A stretch of 64,000 nt of DNA from NCBI GenBank assembly GCA_965153285.1, contig OZ229112.1. The stretch is one strand, 5' to 3'. Each line of letters opens with the position of its first letter. The first letter of the stretch is position 1. The position numbers were made by a program, and so were the translations under genes. Shown piece after piece: positions 23,163 through 37,136 of this stretch. Origin of the DNA: Podarcis tiliguerta (taxonomy: Eukaryota). Below the pieces are notes generated by a model that was not told where the DNA came from, searched no databases, and was given only the letters and a program-made list of their open reading frames with translations.

Positions 23163-25120
23163 AATTCAGATACCAACACCTGTTCAGCTGCCTTCCTCTC
23201 TCCCCCTGTGGCTGCAATGGTGCAAAGGAGAAAGTGGAGATAAGCATGTTGGTCACACTGCCTCCAGCATATCTTCAGCACTCTTCCTGCACCGCCTCTC
23301 CACAAGTTGGGGGCTGAATTTCTACATATATTGGGGAAAAAACATCCTTGTGTATTTTAGAACCCTGAAAGAACTCCCTTTCCTCCACCTGCATTCCAAT
23401 CTGTTCTAATCTGTCCTAGTGGTTCCCACAACCCTCTGGAGTAGATTTGGGAGGCACGCAGGGCACGGGTGCAGCAACAAGAGAAAATAGAGTTTTGATG
23501 CACAAGCAGAAACCCTTACACTGAAGTTGGGGACTGCCCTTAGTATTATCAAATCTGATTAATAAAATGGGACAATACATCACAATCTTAAAACGTTAAT
23601 TGGTGATTCACTAAAAAGGGAAGAAATACCAATACAGAGATTCAGTCCCTTACCATATGATACATTTTTCAGGATATAAAATACATTTTATTCATTTTAA
23701 AATGCAAAAATGCATTTAGATGTGTTTAACACTAAAGATGGCTGCACATACCCTTTGTGCCTCCGAAAGACAATGAATATAAATGATCCATAAACTTTTT
23801 GACTAATTATATTGAGATGGATAACATTTGATTATTATTATTTTGGCTAACCTAATACATTACTGCCTTCATTCTTATCTTCATCCGTTATATGTCTAAA
23901 AATGCACGTGTATGTTTAATGTACCGGTACTTGCATGCACACACACACTCAATTAGGACTTGGTTCAGCTCCCAGTGAAGCCAACGGAAAAGCACACAGT
24001 GATTTCAATAAACACTGACGCAGGGCATTATGCTTTATAGGGGATAATGGAAATGTTATGGCAAGGAATCAAGCCCACTGCAAACGAACAGCTTTGGAGG
24101 GATTGTTTCTCACCCATCCCAATTGCTTTCAAAGGCATGTGACCAGTTTGCTCCCTTCCCAGACAGTCAGGCATGCTGTAAAAAGTAACACCAGCCATGA
24201 GAATTATAAAAGGGGGGAAAGGACACGTCCATAAACAGGGATAAACATCTTTCTCTGAGCAGAGCTGTCAGATCCATTTAAGCCGAGACCTGCATGCTCT
24301 TTTCCTCCGGGGCCGCTTTTTCCTGTCTGGGAGTCATTGTGGCATTGCATGTCTTCTCCCAAGTGGCCACCACTGAAAGGTTTAGATAAGGCAAAAGGTT
24401 GCACTCAATAGGCACAGAATCCCAGGCTCTAGATCAAAATGGAAAGCTATACTTTTGTTAACCACTCTTACAAAGAAGGTGGTGCTGGTGGGGTAATGGA
24501 GAGGAACAGGGGTGGTAAGAAAGAAGGATATATATTTGCAGTCTCAGACTTGCATTGTCTTCTAAGAAACATCAGTCCCTTCAGATAGTCCAATTATGTT
24601 CCTGTATGGAATTTGATATTTTCACAGCACTGAATAATAGGGCACCACCTAGCAACTAAATAGTAAGACTCTCTAGAATCTAAACTGTGTACTTTAAAAA
24701 TAAAAATACAAGATTAATATTTTTAGCTGTTTCTGATTTGACTATGATGTCTTGGAGGTGAATACCAGTGGCAGAATCCATAGATTGGAGAGCACATAGT
24801 CGTAGGAAGTTGCTTTATGCTGTCCATTTCTCAGCCATTTCACTCATTTTAGGAGTGTTTTGTTTTTGGCTATACTTCAGAAGTAAGGTGAAATTGCTTT
24901 GGGGGACCCTTTTTCTGTCAAGGGGCCAAATAATGGTGGTGGGTGGGCCAGAGCCAAAAGTGGACAGGGGTGGAGCTAAACATGGGTACGGCTAGAACCA
25001 ACGGTGAGCAGGACCAACCACTGTCTATTTCTCTTTCTGTCACTCCTTTCTCTCTCTCTTTCTACCATTCTCTTTCATCCCATTCTCCCCACCTACATGA
25101 AATGAGACTGAGGGCGGCTT

Positions 25121-25591
25121 CAGTAGAAATGTTATAAGGAATTAAGTATAAATAGATTAATAGAGTATTAAAGAAAAATAAGGTCAAAATGTGTTAAGAT
25201 AATTATAGGATAGAAAACAGGGGAAGATGGACAGGAAGTGGAATTAGGTATAAATAGATTAATTGAGCATTAAAGGTAAAAATATGGTTAGAATGTGTTA
25301 AGATAATTATAGGATAGAAAACAGAGGAAGATGGAAAGGAATTGCTGAAACAATTAATAGAAGTGGAATACAAAAAAGGAGGTGTGAGGAGGTCGAGGAA
25401 ATAAGGGAAAGAAAGATAAGATGTTGAAATTGAAATTGAAATTTTAAATGGTTTTTGTTTTGTTTTGTTTTGTTTCTTTTATTATGTTTTTTTAATGTAT
25501 TGTAATGTATTGTAATGTTTTTTCTTTTTTGGTCTTTTGCAGTGTTGTGTCTAATTTGTTGGAAACTTAATAAATATTATTTGAAAACAAA
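25121..25591 (+). mobile_element. 5'-truncated L1-like 3' UTR insertion
   Basis: Long TSD gaaatgagactgagggc(g/a)gctt (25099-25120, 25592-25613), AATAAA and an A-rich end, and an internal ~100-bp tandem duplication. Confidence 0.75.
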
Positions 25592-28432
25592 GAAATGAGA
25601 CTGAGGGCAGCTTGTGGCTCCAGGGCTTCAGTGGCCCACCACTGGACTGCGGGGTTAGTAGTGGGGGGGAAAGCCGATTGAATGGATTAGCATAGCCTAG
25701 ACACTTCTTAAAGAAGATTCGGACCAAAGATGCAAATTTGTAGCTGTTCAAAAATACACAGTGAAATGTCTTACTGAATTTCATTGGCATAGTAAATAAT
25801 TTGCAAAGCACAGGATTAGGCTAACATTAAAGGATGAATAGGGGCTATTTTGTCAAGTCATCGGATATGTAATATATAATTGGGAATGGAGAAATCAAGG
25901 AAACAGTTCTACACAGTGTGTTTATAATTAGCAAAACATTCTTTCCTGTTGTCAAGATGGGCATTCTTCTATCAAACCTCCTTCTCTTAATTGATGGTTT
26001 GAAGCTTCACCGTACCAAACAGTGACAAATCTGTGGATTTCATGTTTACATACCTGAGTCAAAAGACCTTGGGCTCTTTTTGAAGTTAATTAAAGATTCA
26101 GTAGTGTTCAAAAAATTTCCGGATAAGACCATCTAGATAGGGGGAGGAAGTAATCTCTAGTGTTTCTCTCTGTGATCTTTCTCAGACAAATCTGGAAGGT
26201 CCTTGTCCAAATAGGACTGATATCAGTAACGATGGTACTAAAGAAGACAGAAAGCTTATTGGACTTAGCATGCCTTCTTGGGTAAATGCTGTCAACTGCA
26301 CTTGTTTAAGGGAAAGGGATTTCCAACTTCCTGCAGATTAAAGAGGAAGGCAGCCCCCTTGAACCTAAAAAGAGGCCTGGACATTTTAGATTCATGGCAA
26401 GAATATTTAATTATGAGCTCTTGACAACTATATATGAATATGGAGAATGGTATGGCTGTTACAAACAGAAAATCTAGGATGTTGTTTTCAGTTTCCTATG
26501 TACGGTAAGTAGTTCAGTGTTTAAAAGGGGGGGGGGAAGGGGGGACACTTTCCCCAGACAAGTATCTCAGTCCCCCCACCACCAATTGATGGGTCCTTGT
26601 GTTTACTTGATTGAAAGGAATTGTTTTCTGAATACAAATGGTAATTGAATCATAAACTGGAAATGAAAAGTGAGGCTGCCACCTTAAACAAGCTTACTCA
26701 ACACCATCAAGATCAATAGATCAAAATATGTTTCAGGTGGGAACATTATTGCAAAATATACGGATATTTCTCTTTCAGAAGTAGATCATGTGGGACAAAG
26801 CTTCCCACTCCCAGAAAATTCACTTTGGCCTTTTTGTGCCATCCCCTGTATTTTAAAAAAATATTGGGCTCCACTTCAGGCAGCAAAATATGTTTGGCTG
26901 GAACCCCAACCAATTTCCCTTCTTCTTTCCCTGCATTTGCCGGGAAGAATCAGTGGGCTAGAGGTTGGTGCTTAACCTTTCCCTTGCCCGTTATGCACCC
27001 CAGGCAATTTTTATTCTCACTCCACCAGTCAGGCTCTGGAATTGGAGGTCCATCTGGGAATTAACATTCAGGAGGAAAATTTGGAGAAATAATTAAGCCT
27101 TCTTCAGATGTTTCCAAGAAGTGGGGAAGGTAGGAGATCTGCTCATTCTAGCGCTATCCTGTTGAGGGCACCCCAATTTCACAGAGGATGACTTTGTGAA
27201 GACAGAAGCTTTCTGTACTTGTGGAAGTTCCCCGTGTATTTTCCTGGGGTCCACCCTCAAGCAATATCTTTCAAGCATTGTGGCAAGTGCCATTTGGACA
27301 ATCCTGTGGACAATCTGAGATCCACCATTTTGTTTCCCTTCAATGTCTCTGATGTAGTGTCACGAGGGCATTGTGGAAATGAAAATGGCAGCTCCCAGGC
27401 CCTCCTTCTCCTCCCACTGGAAGCACTCAATGGAATGCTGCCGCTGCAGCTCACCACAGCTGCTACCACCAAGAAGGCCCACTAACACAGGAGTGGCCCC
27501 ACGTCAGACTCATTGCTGAGGGCCTTCTCAATCCTGGGGACATTTCTGTTCTTTCCACACAATCAGGTATTTCTCTCCCTCCCCTCCCCAGGATTTCATC
27601 TCTCTACACATGCAAATAACATCTGAGGAGATCTCTTGCCTCTGGGAGACCTTCTGCCTATCCTTCCTCACCCCCACAGATTTAGCACTGTCACTCCATT
27701 GTATTTCCACAGTGTCGCGTTTATTTACTTCCTTTTTTTTTTGGTACACAGTAGTAATGTTGGCTGTTGCTCACTTCTGCATGCCCAGAAAGGACAAGAG
27801 GTACATTGTACTGACAAGAAGCAATTGCTTGCTAGCTTCACATTTAAATGCCCTATGCAACTTCCAAGAATACCTTGCTGGGTCCTTTTATTAACAGGGA
27901 CAATGAACTTCTGAGCAGTAAATGTTTAGAAGCAAGTGAGATGAGCCGTAAATGATACCCTTCAAGTATGTTAGATTTTGCAAATGTATTGCTATGGATT
28001 TGGCGGGTACTCCCTAAACCCTAGAAATTAATAAATGGTAGGCTTTTGATTATTTGGAGTATTGAAGGGAAGACTGGAAGCCAGTGGAAAAGTACAGGCT
28101 AAGATTTCTTTCCAAGCCAAGGCCTCACCTGGGTTAGAAGCATTAACATGTCAAAAGGTGTTGATGGCCCATCTGAGAGCCTGGACCTACAGAAGTGATG
28201 GGATGTGGGTTTGAAATGACAGGAAAAGAGAGTCTTGAGAGCAAGGTGTGCTTGGAACAGGAGGGGGAGAACAAAGACTTGGATCTATCTTGGGCAGGCT
28301 GGCTGAAGTCTGGATGAGAGAGATGCCTTTGCCTCCAGGGCTGCATTGCTGTGGGGGACAAACTCTTGAATGACCATGCTGTAAGAGTTGGACTTCCTCC
28401 ATGCAAATTGAAGGTGTAAATAGGTGAATAAA

Positions 28433-28433
<1 letters not shown>

Positions 28434-28468
<35 letters not shown>

Positions 28469-28545
28469 TATTATTCCCCTGCCCATCTGGCTGTGTTTCT
28501 CCAGCCACTCTCAGTGGCTTACAGAATATATAAAACATAACAAAT
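28434..28545 (-). repeat. (CAT)n microsatellite grown from an L2 3' tail
   Basis: catcat run followed by cctgcccatctggctg...ccagccactctcagtggct, the reverse of the L2 tail at 29310-29360. Confidence 0.8.
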
Positions 28546-29073
28546 ATGTCTACAGCTATGACAGTCTCTGCTGTGTCTCAGTTTTCCAAAGGAGCACATA
28601 CCCTGGGTGAGTGCCTGGAACCCCCAGGAATCTTGCAACTGCTTGGCAGAGACAGGGGGTGGCACCATCTTTTGGCACAGCATGCAGTATCATTACTGGT
28701 GAGAAGAATGGCAAATTCAGGTTGCCTGCAAATCAGCTGACCTTTGTGTGTAGTTCCAGTTAATCCTCTGCAATTCTGGAAATGTTATTCTAACCAAAAT
28801 TTGGAAGCGTGACCTGTACAGATTCATGGGTTACAATGCTTTGTTCTTGTTTCATAAGTACTCCTTCATGAAAGAAGCCTGCAAGTCACTGTGACTGAAC
28901 TTCATCAAAGTGTCCAGCAATTTACAGAAAGAAATTCATTATTGAGTGTCTTTCAGGCCATTTAAGGATAGGGCCATTATGCATGGTTCTTATTGGCACC
29001 AGATGACTGGTATGTATTGATTAGAACGACATGCACAAATGAAGGAAGAAGAAGGCATTGAAATTATCTGTAC

Positions 29074-29372
29074 CAGGGATGGGGAACGTGTGGCTCTCCA
29101 GATTTTTTGAGCTTCAACTCTCATCAGCCTCAGAAAGCATGACTAGTGGTTAGAGAGGGCCTTCTCAGTAGTGGCGCCTGCCCTTTGGAACACCCTCCCA
29201 TCAGATGTCAAGGAAATAAACAACTACCTGACTTTTAGTAAACACCTGAAGGCGGCCCTGTTTAGGGAAGTTTTTAATGTTTGATGTTTTATTGTGTTTT
29301 TAATATTCAATTGGGAGCCGCCCAGAGTGGCTGGGGAGACCCAGCCAGATGGGTGGGGTATAAGTAATAAAT

Positions 29373-29413
<41 letters not shown>

Positions 29414-29503
29414 TTACTATTATTATTATTATTATTAAGATGATGATGGGAGTTGCAGTTCAGCAACATCTGGACTCAAGGCCCACAGACTCCCCCATCT
29501 CTA
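29074..29503. mobile_element. Palindromic hAT MITE split by an L2 insertion
   Basis: cagggatggggaacgtg...ctccaga left arm and tgatgggagttgcagt..acatctgg...ccccatctcta right arm. Confidence 0.7.
29153..29436 (+). mobile_element. L2 LINE 3' fragment with (CTA)n(TTA)n tail
   Basis: agggccttctcagtagtggcgcc...tggaacaccctccc...gggagccgcccagagtggctgggg...gggtata then trinucleotide tail. Confidence 0.85.
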
Positions 29504-30428
29504 ATCTACAGAATGAACAGCACTGAGAGAAAAGGGTGAGGACTGGTCATCAGCTGCCTGGTCCTAACATTCCTACACTGGGAAAGAAATATTGGAGCAA
29601 TCCTTGCACTAGACAATATTTTTTTTTAATGTGAGTTGGTCAGATCTCTGCCATCCCTAAATGTTTTCCTGGATGCTCTGCACAGGAATGGGTGTGCTAG
29701 TCCCTGCCATGCAGTCTGATGACAGGAACAAACCAGATGTGAGGCAGCAGTGTTTTTATGAATGCTGAAGAAGGAGCATGAGACCCATGTTTAAATCAAG
29801 AGGTTCAGCTTCTTGAGGGCAGCATCGTGTTGGATTGGCCCTTGAGCCACATGGCAAGTTGCCTAACCAATTCTATAATGGCTGGATGGAGCATCTACTA
29901 GGCAAGTGCATTTTAGGCAATAGCCACATCACTACTGCAACATAGGAAGTATGCACAGAAACGCAAGATACCTTGGAGCAATGCTACTGTAATGCTGTTG
30001 CAATGCACTGCGTGAACACACCAGCTCTGCATCTTGCAAACGGGTGTTTTCGTTGCATATGGCAGTGAAAGGCAATGCAGCCCATTCCTTTAATAATTAA
30101 AAAGAAGCTTCCAGTACTGCCTCTTCCATATCCAAAACAGCAATAACCCAGGAACAGCGTCCCCCTCAGCACTAAGTAGATACTAGATATGGTAAGTCAA
30201 ACTGGGAGGGAGGGGAGGGGATTTTTTTTAAAAGCAAAACAAAAAAGCTCTGCATTGATTGCTATAATTGCCAACACATTCCTGTGGTAAACTTGATCAT
30301 TAGGCCAGCTTGCTTGAAACAATGTTTCTTTTATGGAGAGGAAGTTAGCAATCGAGTTGTTACGCTTCTTTGACTTGCACCACCAGCCCTACAATTCTGT
30401 TGGCGTACTGAGCATGGCTGCTGCTTTA

Positions 30429-31335
30429 TCTTCCTATATAGATAAAAAAAATCTCAGTCTGTCATTGTGCAGCCTCCACGGGAGGATTTGTAGTGGATTT
30501 GCATGAAGTCAGGTTGGGGCAGGAGAGCAGATGAGAAGGCAGGTGGCACAACCACAGTGGACAGGGCATGGGAGCAAGAAATGAGAGACCCCGAGAGCGG
30601 GAAAGTGGGTGGCTTCAAACAGCAGCAGAAAGGTGGAAAGAAGTGAGAGGAAAATGGCAGAAAGGTAAGGAGAGGGCTGGAGGGGAAAGGTAGCAGGGAA
30701 GGTGAAGTGGGTGTGCAAATGGGGTTGCAAAAATGGAGGGAGCAAAAGGCATGGGAATAGGGTTCAGGATGAAAGCAGAGGCATGAAAGTATCTGTAGAA
30801 CAGAAGGGGATGGTGGCCTCATAACTGGGCAGAAGGTGAAATGGGTGCCTAGTTGTTGCAGTACAGTGGTACCTCGGGTTAAGAACTTAATTCGTTCTGG
30901 AGGTCTGTTCTTAACCTCAAACTGTTCTTAACCTGAAGCACCACTTTAGCTAATGGGGCCTCCCACTGCCACCGCACGATTTCTGTTCTCATCCTGAAGC
31001 AAATTTCTTAACCTGAGGTACTATTTCTGGGTTAGCGGAGTCTGTAACCTAAAGTGTCTGTAACCTAAAGCGTCTGTAACCCGAGGTACTACTGTATGTG
31101 GGAAGAAGAAAATGTAGAAGTTTACCATGGGGGTGGTGTGTACAGGAAAGGAGGGGGGAGGCATGGACCTGGGGGTGAAGGTGAAAACAGGGTGCAAAGA
31201 AAGGCTGTGGAATTGAAAGGGTTAATGAAAGGCTGCTCTAGGGGGGTTAATGTGTGTGTTTGGGGGGGGGTGCCAGGGAGGTTGGTGATTGGAGTGAGCA
31301 GCCCTTAGTCAGAGGATATGTACTGGCATTTCTAG
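30429..31335 (+). mobile_element. Probable non-autonomous Helitron
   Basis: A|TC 5' end (tcttcctatatagataaaaaaa), CTAG|T 3' end preceded by a decayed hairpin, no TSD, purine-rich interior. Confidence 0.55.
30864..31094. mobile_element. pogo/Tigger-like MITE, copy 3 (inside the Helitron)
   Basis: TA|cagtggtacctcgggtta ... cccgaggtactactg|TA. Confidence 0.9.
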
Positions 31336-34097
31336 TACCCATTTCTAGTAGCTTTAACTCATGCCAAACAATCTAACCTGATGGAATATCTAAATGTTAC
31401 GCTGTGCTGTCTATGTATTTTGAGACCGGGACATAATTTTCCTCCACAGTCCAGCTTCATGCTAGTATGTCTCGAACTGTGTGAGCCAAATGGATTTGGT
31501 TTATTAAAAGTATTTTTATGAGCTCTTCAGTCCTTGTCACTTTAGTATCTTCTGTTTGTGGCACACTATAATATGACATTCATAGGCAGCTGTCTTCTGC
31601 AGCCTAATAACAAAGCTCTTGGGGCTGCTGACCTCATGGTGACACATGGTCCCAGTTCTAGCTTTACTTTCCCCATAACTCAGTTCCACATGCAACTCCA
31701 CTGCAAGGTAAATGCAAAATTGAATTGTTGCTTTAAAAGAAATCAAGCAATGGCCAGTTTAAAACGATGCTATTTTACCTTTATGTGCACCAGTAATGGC
31801 AAGCAGCATCTAACTCCTCCTAACATGCAGACCTGATTGTTTTGCATTTGTTTGTTAAATAAACTGCAGGGCATTCTTTTTCAAACACTGAAGTATCTAA
31901 ATTCCTTTCTAAAAATGATCATAATGGCAGTGCATTGCTGGCTTAAGCATTTGATTCTCTCTAGCTGCATTCAAAGGAAACTATTGATCTGATCCAAGCA
32001 TGTTTTAATACCTACACAAGAAAGCTATCATAAGACAAAGAAAACACTTTAATTCTGTGGTCTGATCCTATATTGTCTAGGGATCTGAAAATATCTTTCT
32101 AACATTTCCCCTGAAAAGGATTCATTCATAGAGAAACCAAATGGAAAGGAAGTGGGAAGTTTGTTTGGCTCTGATTTTTTTCTTTTCTTTTTAAAGCACA
32201 AGTTAATGGCTTATTGGGTTGGATGATTCTGCATCATATGAAAGAACATCTTTAAGAAATTATGAACATTTTGATGGCTTAGCATGAGCATTCCATTCCT
32301 ATCTGAATGAATTAAAGACTGCATTTTTGAGAGGCAAAAGGAATGGGTTTGGGGGGGTGCGGGGGTGGGCATTTATTTATTTATTTCAATCCCATCTTCT
32401 GATGTTTGCTTTCAAACTCAACCAGTCGCATATTATCTACTTTACTGGGAGGGGGAAAGAACTAAAGTGCAATAATTTAGCACTTTCTGCCTTTTGTGGC
32501 TCGACGTTCAAAGTAGAAGACTGGCAGGATGGTGCAAAAATACGAGGGATTCCACTGACATTGACCACCAATCTTGGATGCTGCATCAGAGCTGAAGCCC
32601 CCTGTGGTAGAGGTCAAATCGCTGACAGCACAACTCCAAGGCTACATACAGGTGGCACTTTAGTTCATTTCCCCATCGTTTCCTTATCTATAATTTTGTG
32701 TGATCTTTCACATGAGGTGAAAGTCCCTTCTGGAAATCTAGTGGAATCTGGCAGAAGTTTTAATGCTCCTTTCATCCGCGGTATGGGAACAATTGCCATC
32801 GTGACACTCCAGAATTGTTGCAAAGTTTACTGGGGAAAGGTATGTGAACATTGTAAGTCAGGTGTGAAGAACTGTTTTCAGTCTACAGGCCACATTCCAT
32901 TATGGAAAGCCTTCAAGGGACCCTATTCCAGTGCGTGGGTGGGGCCAGCAGCAAAAGTGGGTGGGGCAGCAAATGTGAACTTGACCTTTGTCTAGTAGGC
33001 TATCCTATCCTCCATCCAGGCAGCCAAGAGACAGTGCCAGAGTTGAAGGATATATTGCATTGATATATTTGGATAGCTCTAACCATATTCTGTTTCTTTG
33101 TTTCACAGAAAAATGGAAGCAGCTCCAACAATATTTACGTACGTACTTACTTACTTACTTACTTGTAAGTTGCATATACTGCTTATCATGGGTCCCCAGC
33201 TACACCCTGATCCGTGTGAGGAAGGCAGACCAAAGAGTTTTTCTCTTGTTTGCCCTTCCCTTCCTGGGTATTTTCCACACCCACTAGGTGGAAAGCCTTA
33301 TTTTACCCAGTCTTCCATCAAACATCCTAAACTCGCCAGATCTCCTTTAGGTAGTGTGGGGTTTGGCTCTTAAGATCGTGGCAGGTAAAACTACAGAAAA
33401 TGAGACTACAAGGCTTGAATTGAAAAGTTTGCCCTTCCAAAGGGAGAGAGATTATTCTTAGGAAAAAACGGTTTGAACATCTGAATGCACACAAAACAAT
33501 CCCCAAAGAGCAATGAGCAAAGAGGTAATGAAAATAAAGCAGGATAAACTCATCCCTCTGGTCCTATCTAGAGTCTTCCCTACTTGCTAAAATTCTCTGA
33601 AGCAAGGCTCTTTCTCTTAAGAGTTCTTAGGATTTTATGACAGGAAGCAGCCCTCCTTTCTTCCTCCTGCACCAACCTTGAATTCTTCAGATCTTCCAGT
33701 GTGTGTCTCTGTAAGCAGCTCCCTATCTAGATCCTAGGGCTGCCTTTCTGAAATAAATCTCAACCCACAAACAAAACAAACACCAAAAAACATTTGCTAC
33801 TGTCCTCATCCCTTCTACAGACCAGACTGCCTGCAATCCACATTGTACCTCATTATTTTCAACACCTCCTGAAGTGTTTATCTGTCAGAAAAGGAAGCAA
33901 ATGAGCCCTATTAATTCCCAACTCCTATATAGGATTTTTATTTCTTTGTAAACAGTTCAGTTCTTGCTTAATATATATATAAATCAAAGCAAGGATACAA
34001 TAATAGAAACACAAATCTAAAAGTCTAAGAGATACAGTCATATTCAGTGATTCAAATTATTGCATTCCATAAGTCCGGACATCTAAAATGTATCATA

Positions 34098-34209
34098 CAT
34101 TTATCCTCACAACAACCCTGTGAAGTAGGTAAGGGAGATAGACACAGGACCAGAGCCATCCACTAGCTCATGGCTAAATAGGAATTTCAGCATTAGCCAC
34201 TACACCACA
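34098..34209 (-). mobile_element. Old CORE/MIR-like SINE fragment
   Basis: tttatcctcacaacaaccctgtgaagtagg ... tagccactacaccaca. Confidence 0.6.
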
Positions 34210-35894
34210 ATTTAATCAATTTTAGATTCATTCCATGTGTATCCTAGTAGTTGACTGGATTATGGTGGTCCCAGGCCTAAGGAAATGTGCATATTGTGTC
34301 AGCACTGCCAGTTGACATGAGCAGAGCACCATATGAGAAGATATCCAAGCAGTTTAGAGTCAAATTACACCTGGGAATAATTTGACCTTATTGTAGCCAT
34401 AGGTGTGAAAACACCCCAAATAAATAATTGCCCCTTTGATGTAGGCGCATTTTCATCTTCTGTCATTCAACAATGTCTCCCCACATCATTCCCATTTTAA
34501 TATGTGCCCTGCAAGATGCAATAGCTGGAATATATTTACTCTAATCCATACTCTCACGTGTATTATATCCCCAAACCACTTTCAACTCTTCTAGAATTAT
34601 TTCCATCAACCCAGATGGAAACTGTAAACACTGATGTTTTAGCCCCTTAAGTATTCTTCATAGATCCCATGCTTCCAGCATCAGAGAATTTCAGCAGCCG
34701 TACTGGCACCTCACATCATATTATGTCTTATGTGGAATGATAAATATCTGCAGAGACCAAAAAAATGGCAATGAGTTTATATACTTTAAAAAAAAGTATA
34801 GTCTAAGACAATCTAATATGTTTTAAACATTGATTACCTGCATAGGCGCTTTTAAATTATCATATTTTGGGAAGGGATCAGTTTAACTGTTTTAAGGCTG
34901 CATATTTAGCTTAGAAGTATATCACATATGTTATTTTTACCTGCCCTGCTGGTAACGGTTGGATGTATATAGGATGAGAGATAACCACTTTTTTTTAATT
35001 TAAAAAAAAACTTTTCATTGCGAACCAAAATACATACCTTTTCAAACAGCAAATATCTGAATCTAACAAAACGTCCAGCAACGCCATTTTGTTGGCTATC
35101 AAAGATGGGGCACCATCCAGCCAGAATTAATGTTCATTCCCATAGATTCCAATGGGGACTATTTTAAGCTCATGTTCAGTACTCCTAGTGAGATTCATGT
35201 AATTTTAATGCGCTTACTTTTCCCTGGATCATGCTCATTACTTTAATATAAAACCTATAAAATACAATTAAAAATAGAGCTTGTTGCGATCCTAGCTGGG
35301 AGGCAAGTGTAAGAGCTTGCTTTAGCTGACTATGAAGTTCCAAAGAAGTGTGTCAACATTTGCAGGACAAAATACAGGGCTCGTGAGATGTCGGCATCCT
35401 TATCATGGTTTCCTGTAATATGCACCTCTTGAATATATTTGGGGCCCATTCAGCAGATTTTCACTGTTTTCCCCATCTGGGTTATAATGCCAGACAGAGA
35501 GTGAGAACAGCATCCGGTTTGCTCAGAGCTAGTTTTTCAGTAAAGAGTTGATGAGGAAGGGGGAACTTGGCTTGCGGAGTCACTTGATGCAAATTTCGTG
35601 CATCACCAGCAATTAAGCAGTAACTGTGCAGCTCGCCCCAAAGCCGCACCAGAACAACAGAATCACGGAACAAGGATTTATGTTGGTATTCTAGAAATGT
35701 CATGCAGTGTCACTGGTGCTTTACACTAGTGCAGATGTTTTGGATTAAGGCTCCAGTTGTGCTTGGGTGTTTTGTTGATTTCTTATTACAGCAGTTGTAC
35801 AGATTGCTGCAGAGATACTGAAACAGATATAATGTCAGGATAGACGGGGGGGGGGGCGTCCTAATCTAGAGCCTTCTGCGCATTCAGTGGAAGC

Positions 35895-36060
35895 ACCAGA
35901 TCTCTGCTCACAAAGGGTAACAAGATTAGGAGAGAGCTTTTGTCTTCATGTCCAGCTTGTGGACTTGCCAAAAAGCTTCTGACTGGCCACTGTGGGAACA
36001 GGATGCTGGACGAGATAAGCCTTTGGTGTGGCTCAACAGGGCTCTTCTTAAGTTCTTACA
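35895..36060 (+). mobile_element. Old CR1-type 3' end
   Basis: tggccactgtgggaacaggatgctggac.agat..gcctttggt...cagggctcttcttaagttctta. Confidence 0.6.
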
Positions 36061-36480
36061 TATGAACATAATCATATGGAAAGAAACAAGGCAGGACAGC
36101 ACTTGCAGTAGGGATGCTCCATGAGTGTGTCAGAACTCCTGTTCCCATAAGAAACCCCAGGATTGTGTGACACAGGCATGCTAAAATTGCTTTTCACTAG
36201 TGAGTCAGGATACCAGCTTTTCATTCATAAAATGCCAATGCTCTGAAAGACTCCAGAGACAGGGCTAAGGAAGGAGGAACCAGTGCATAATCTCACTGTA
36301 GGACTGAATCCTAGGTGTAGCAAGGGACATAGCTGTTGTGTGATGACGGGAGTAAAAACTGGCTTTACTGACTGTTCCACTGTGGATATTAATTGGCTTT
36401 TCAGATCCAAAGTCCCCTTTCTGTACTGGGGTCCCAGTTACCTGTTGCTAATTCAGAGTGCTGTTGCCCATCATCACTAT

Positions 36481-36713
36481 GGCGCAACAGAACACCGTGA
36501 CAGAAGCCAGAGCGCACAGAAACACTGTTTACCTTCCTGCTGCAGCGGTACCTATTTATCTACTTGCACTGGTGTGCTTTCGAACTGCTAGGTTGACAGA
36601 AGCTGGGACAGAGCAACGGGAGCTCACCCCATCATGAGGATTCGAACTGCCAACCTTCTGATCAGCAAGCCCAAGAGGCTTAGTGGTTTAGACCACAGTG
36701 CCACCCGTGTCCC
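36481..36713 (-). mobile_element. Sauria SINE, 3'-truncated
   Basis: gtttaccttcc...ggtacctatttatctacttgcact...gctttcgaactgctaggttg...ggattcgaac...cacagtgccacccgtgtccc. Confidence 0.9.
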
Positions 36714-37099
36714 TTTACCTTAGGGATTTTGTCACATCAATTAACTTAGTGTTACACTGCATTAAGTGCTGGAGGGGAGAAAAACCAAGATATCTGTTTT
36801 CATGGGTGCAACAAAGATATACAGACGCGTTGAACAGAAGCACAGATATATAGTGTCTGCTGGATTTTTTTATTATTATTAAGAAAACAGCCTCTGCTGC
36901 TTCCCACAGTCATAAACGTATGTTGCCCACAGCCTGACCTTTCCTGATTATTTTTCATATGCTACGCTTTTCAGCACAGCCATTCGTTTGGTTGGATGGT
37001 CATACATTCGCTGCAATGGAAGGCTTTTCGTGGGAACTGGAAAAGGGAGAGCAATGCTTCTTCTGTCAGATAGAGATCTATCGCTCTCTCACCCACGCA

Positions 37100-37100
<1 letters not shown>

Positions 37101-37135
<35 letters not shown>
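37101..37135. repeat. (CA)n microsatellite
   Basis: Direct reading. Confidence 0.95.

Positions 37136-37136
<1 letters not shown>

Noticed and set aside
27093-27530. Overlapping ORFs suggesting a processed pseudogene
   Set aside because: No recognisable protein in any frame, and an internal inverted repeat (ccattttgtttcc / ggaaatgaaaatgg) points to a DNA-element remnant.
32327-32995. Longest ORF in the track (222 aa)
   Set aside because: No recognisable domain or splice framing, non-ATG start, and its 3' end runs into a repeat also seen near 24.9 kb. Likely a chance ORF.
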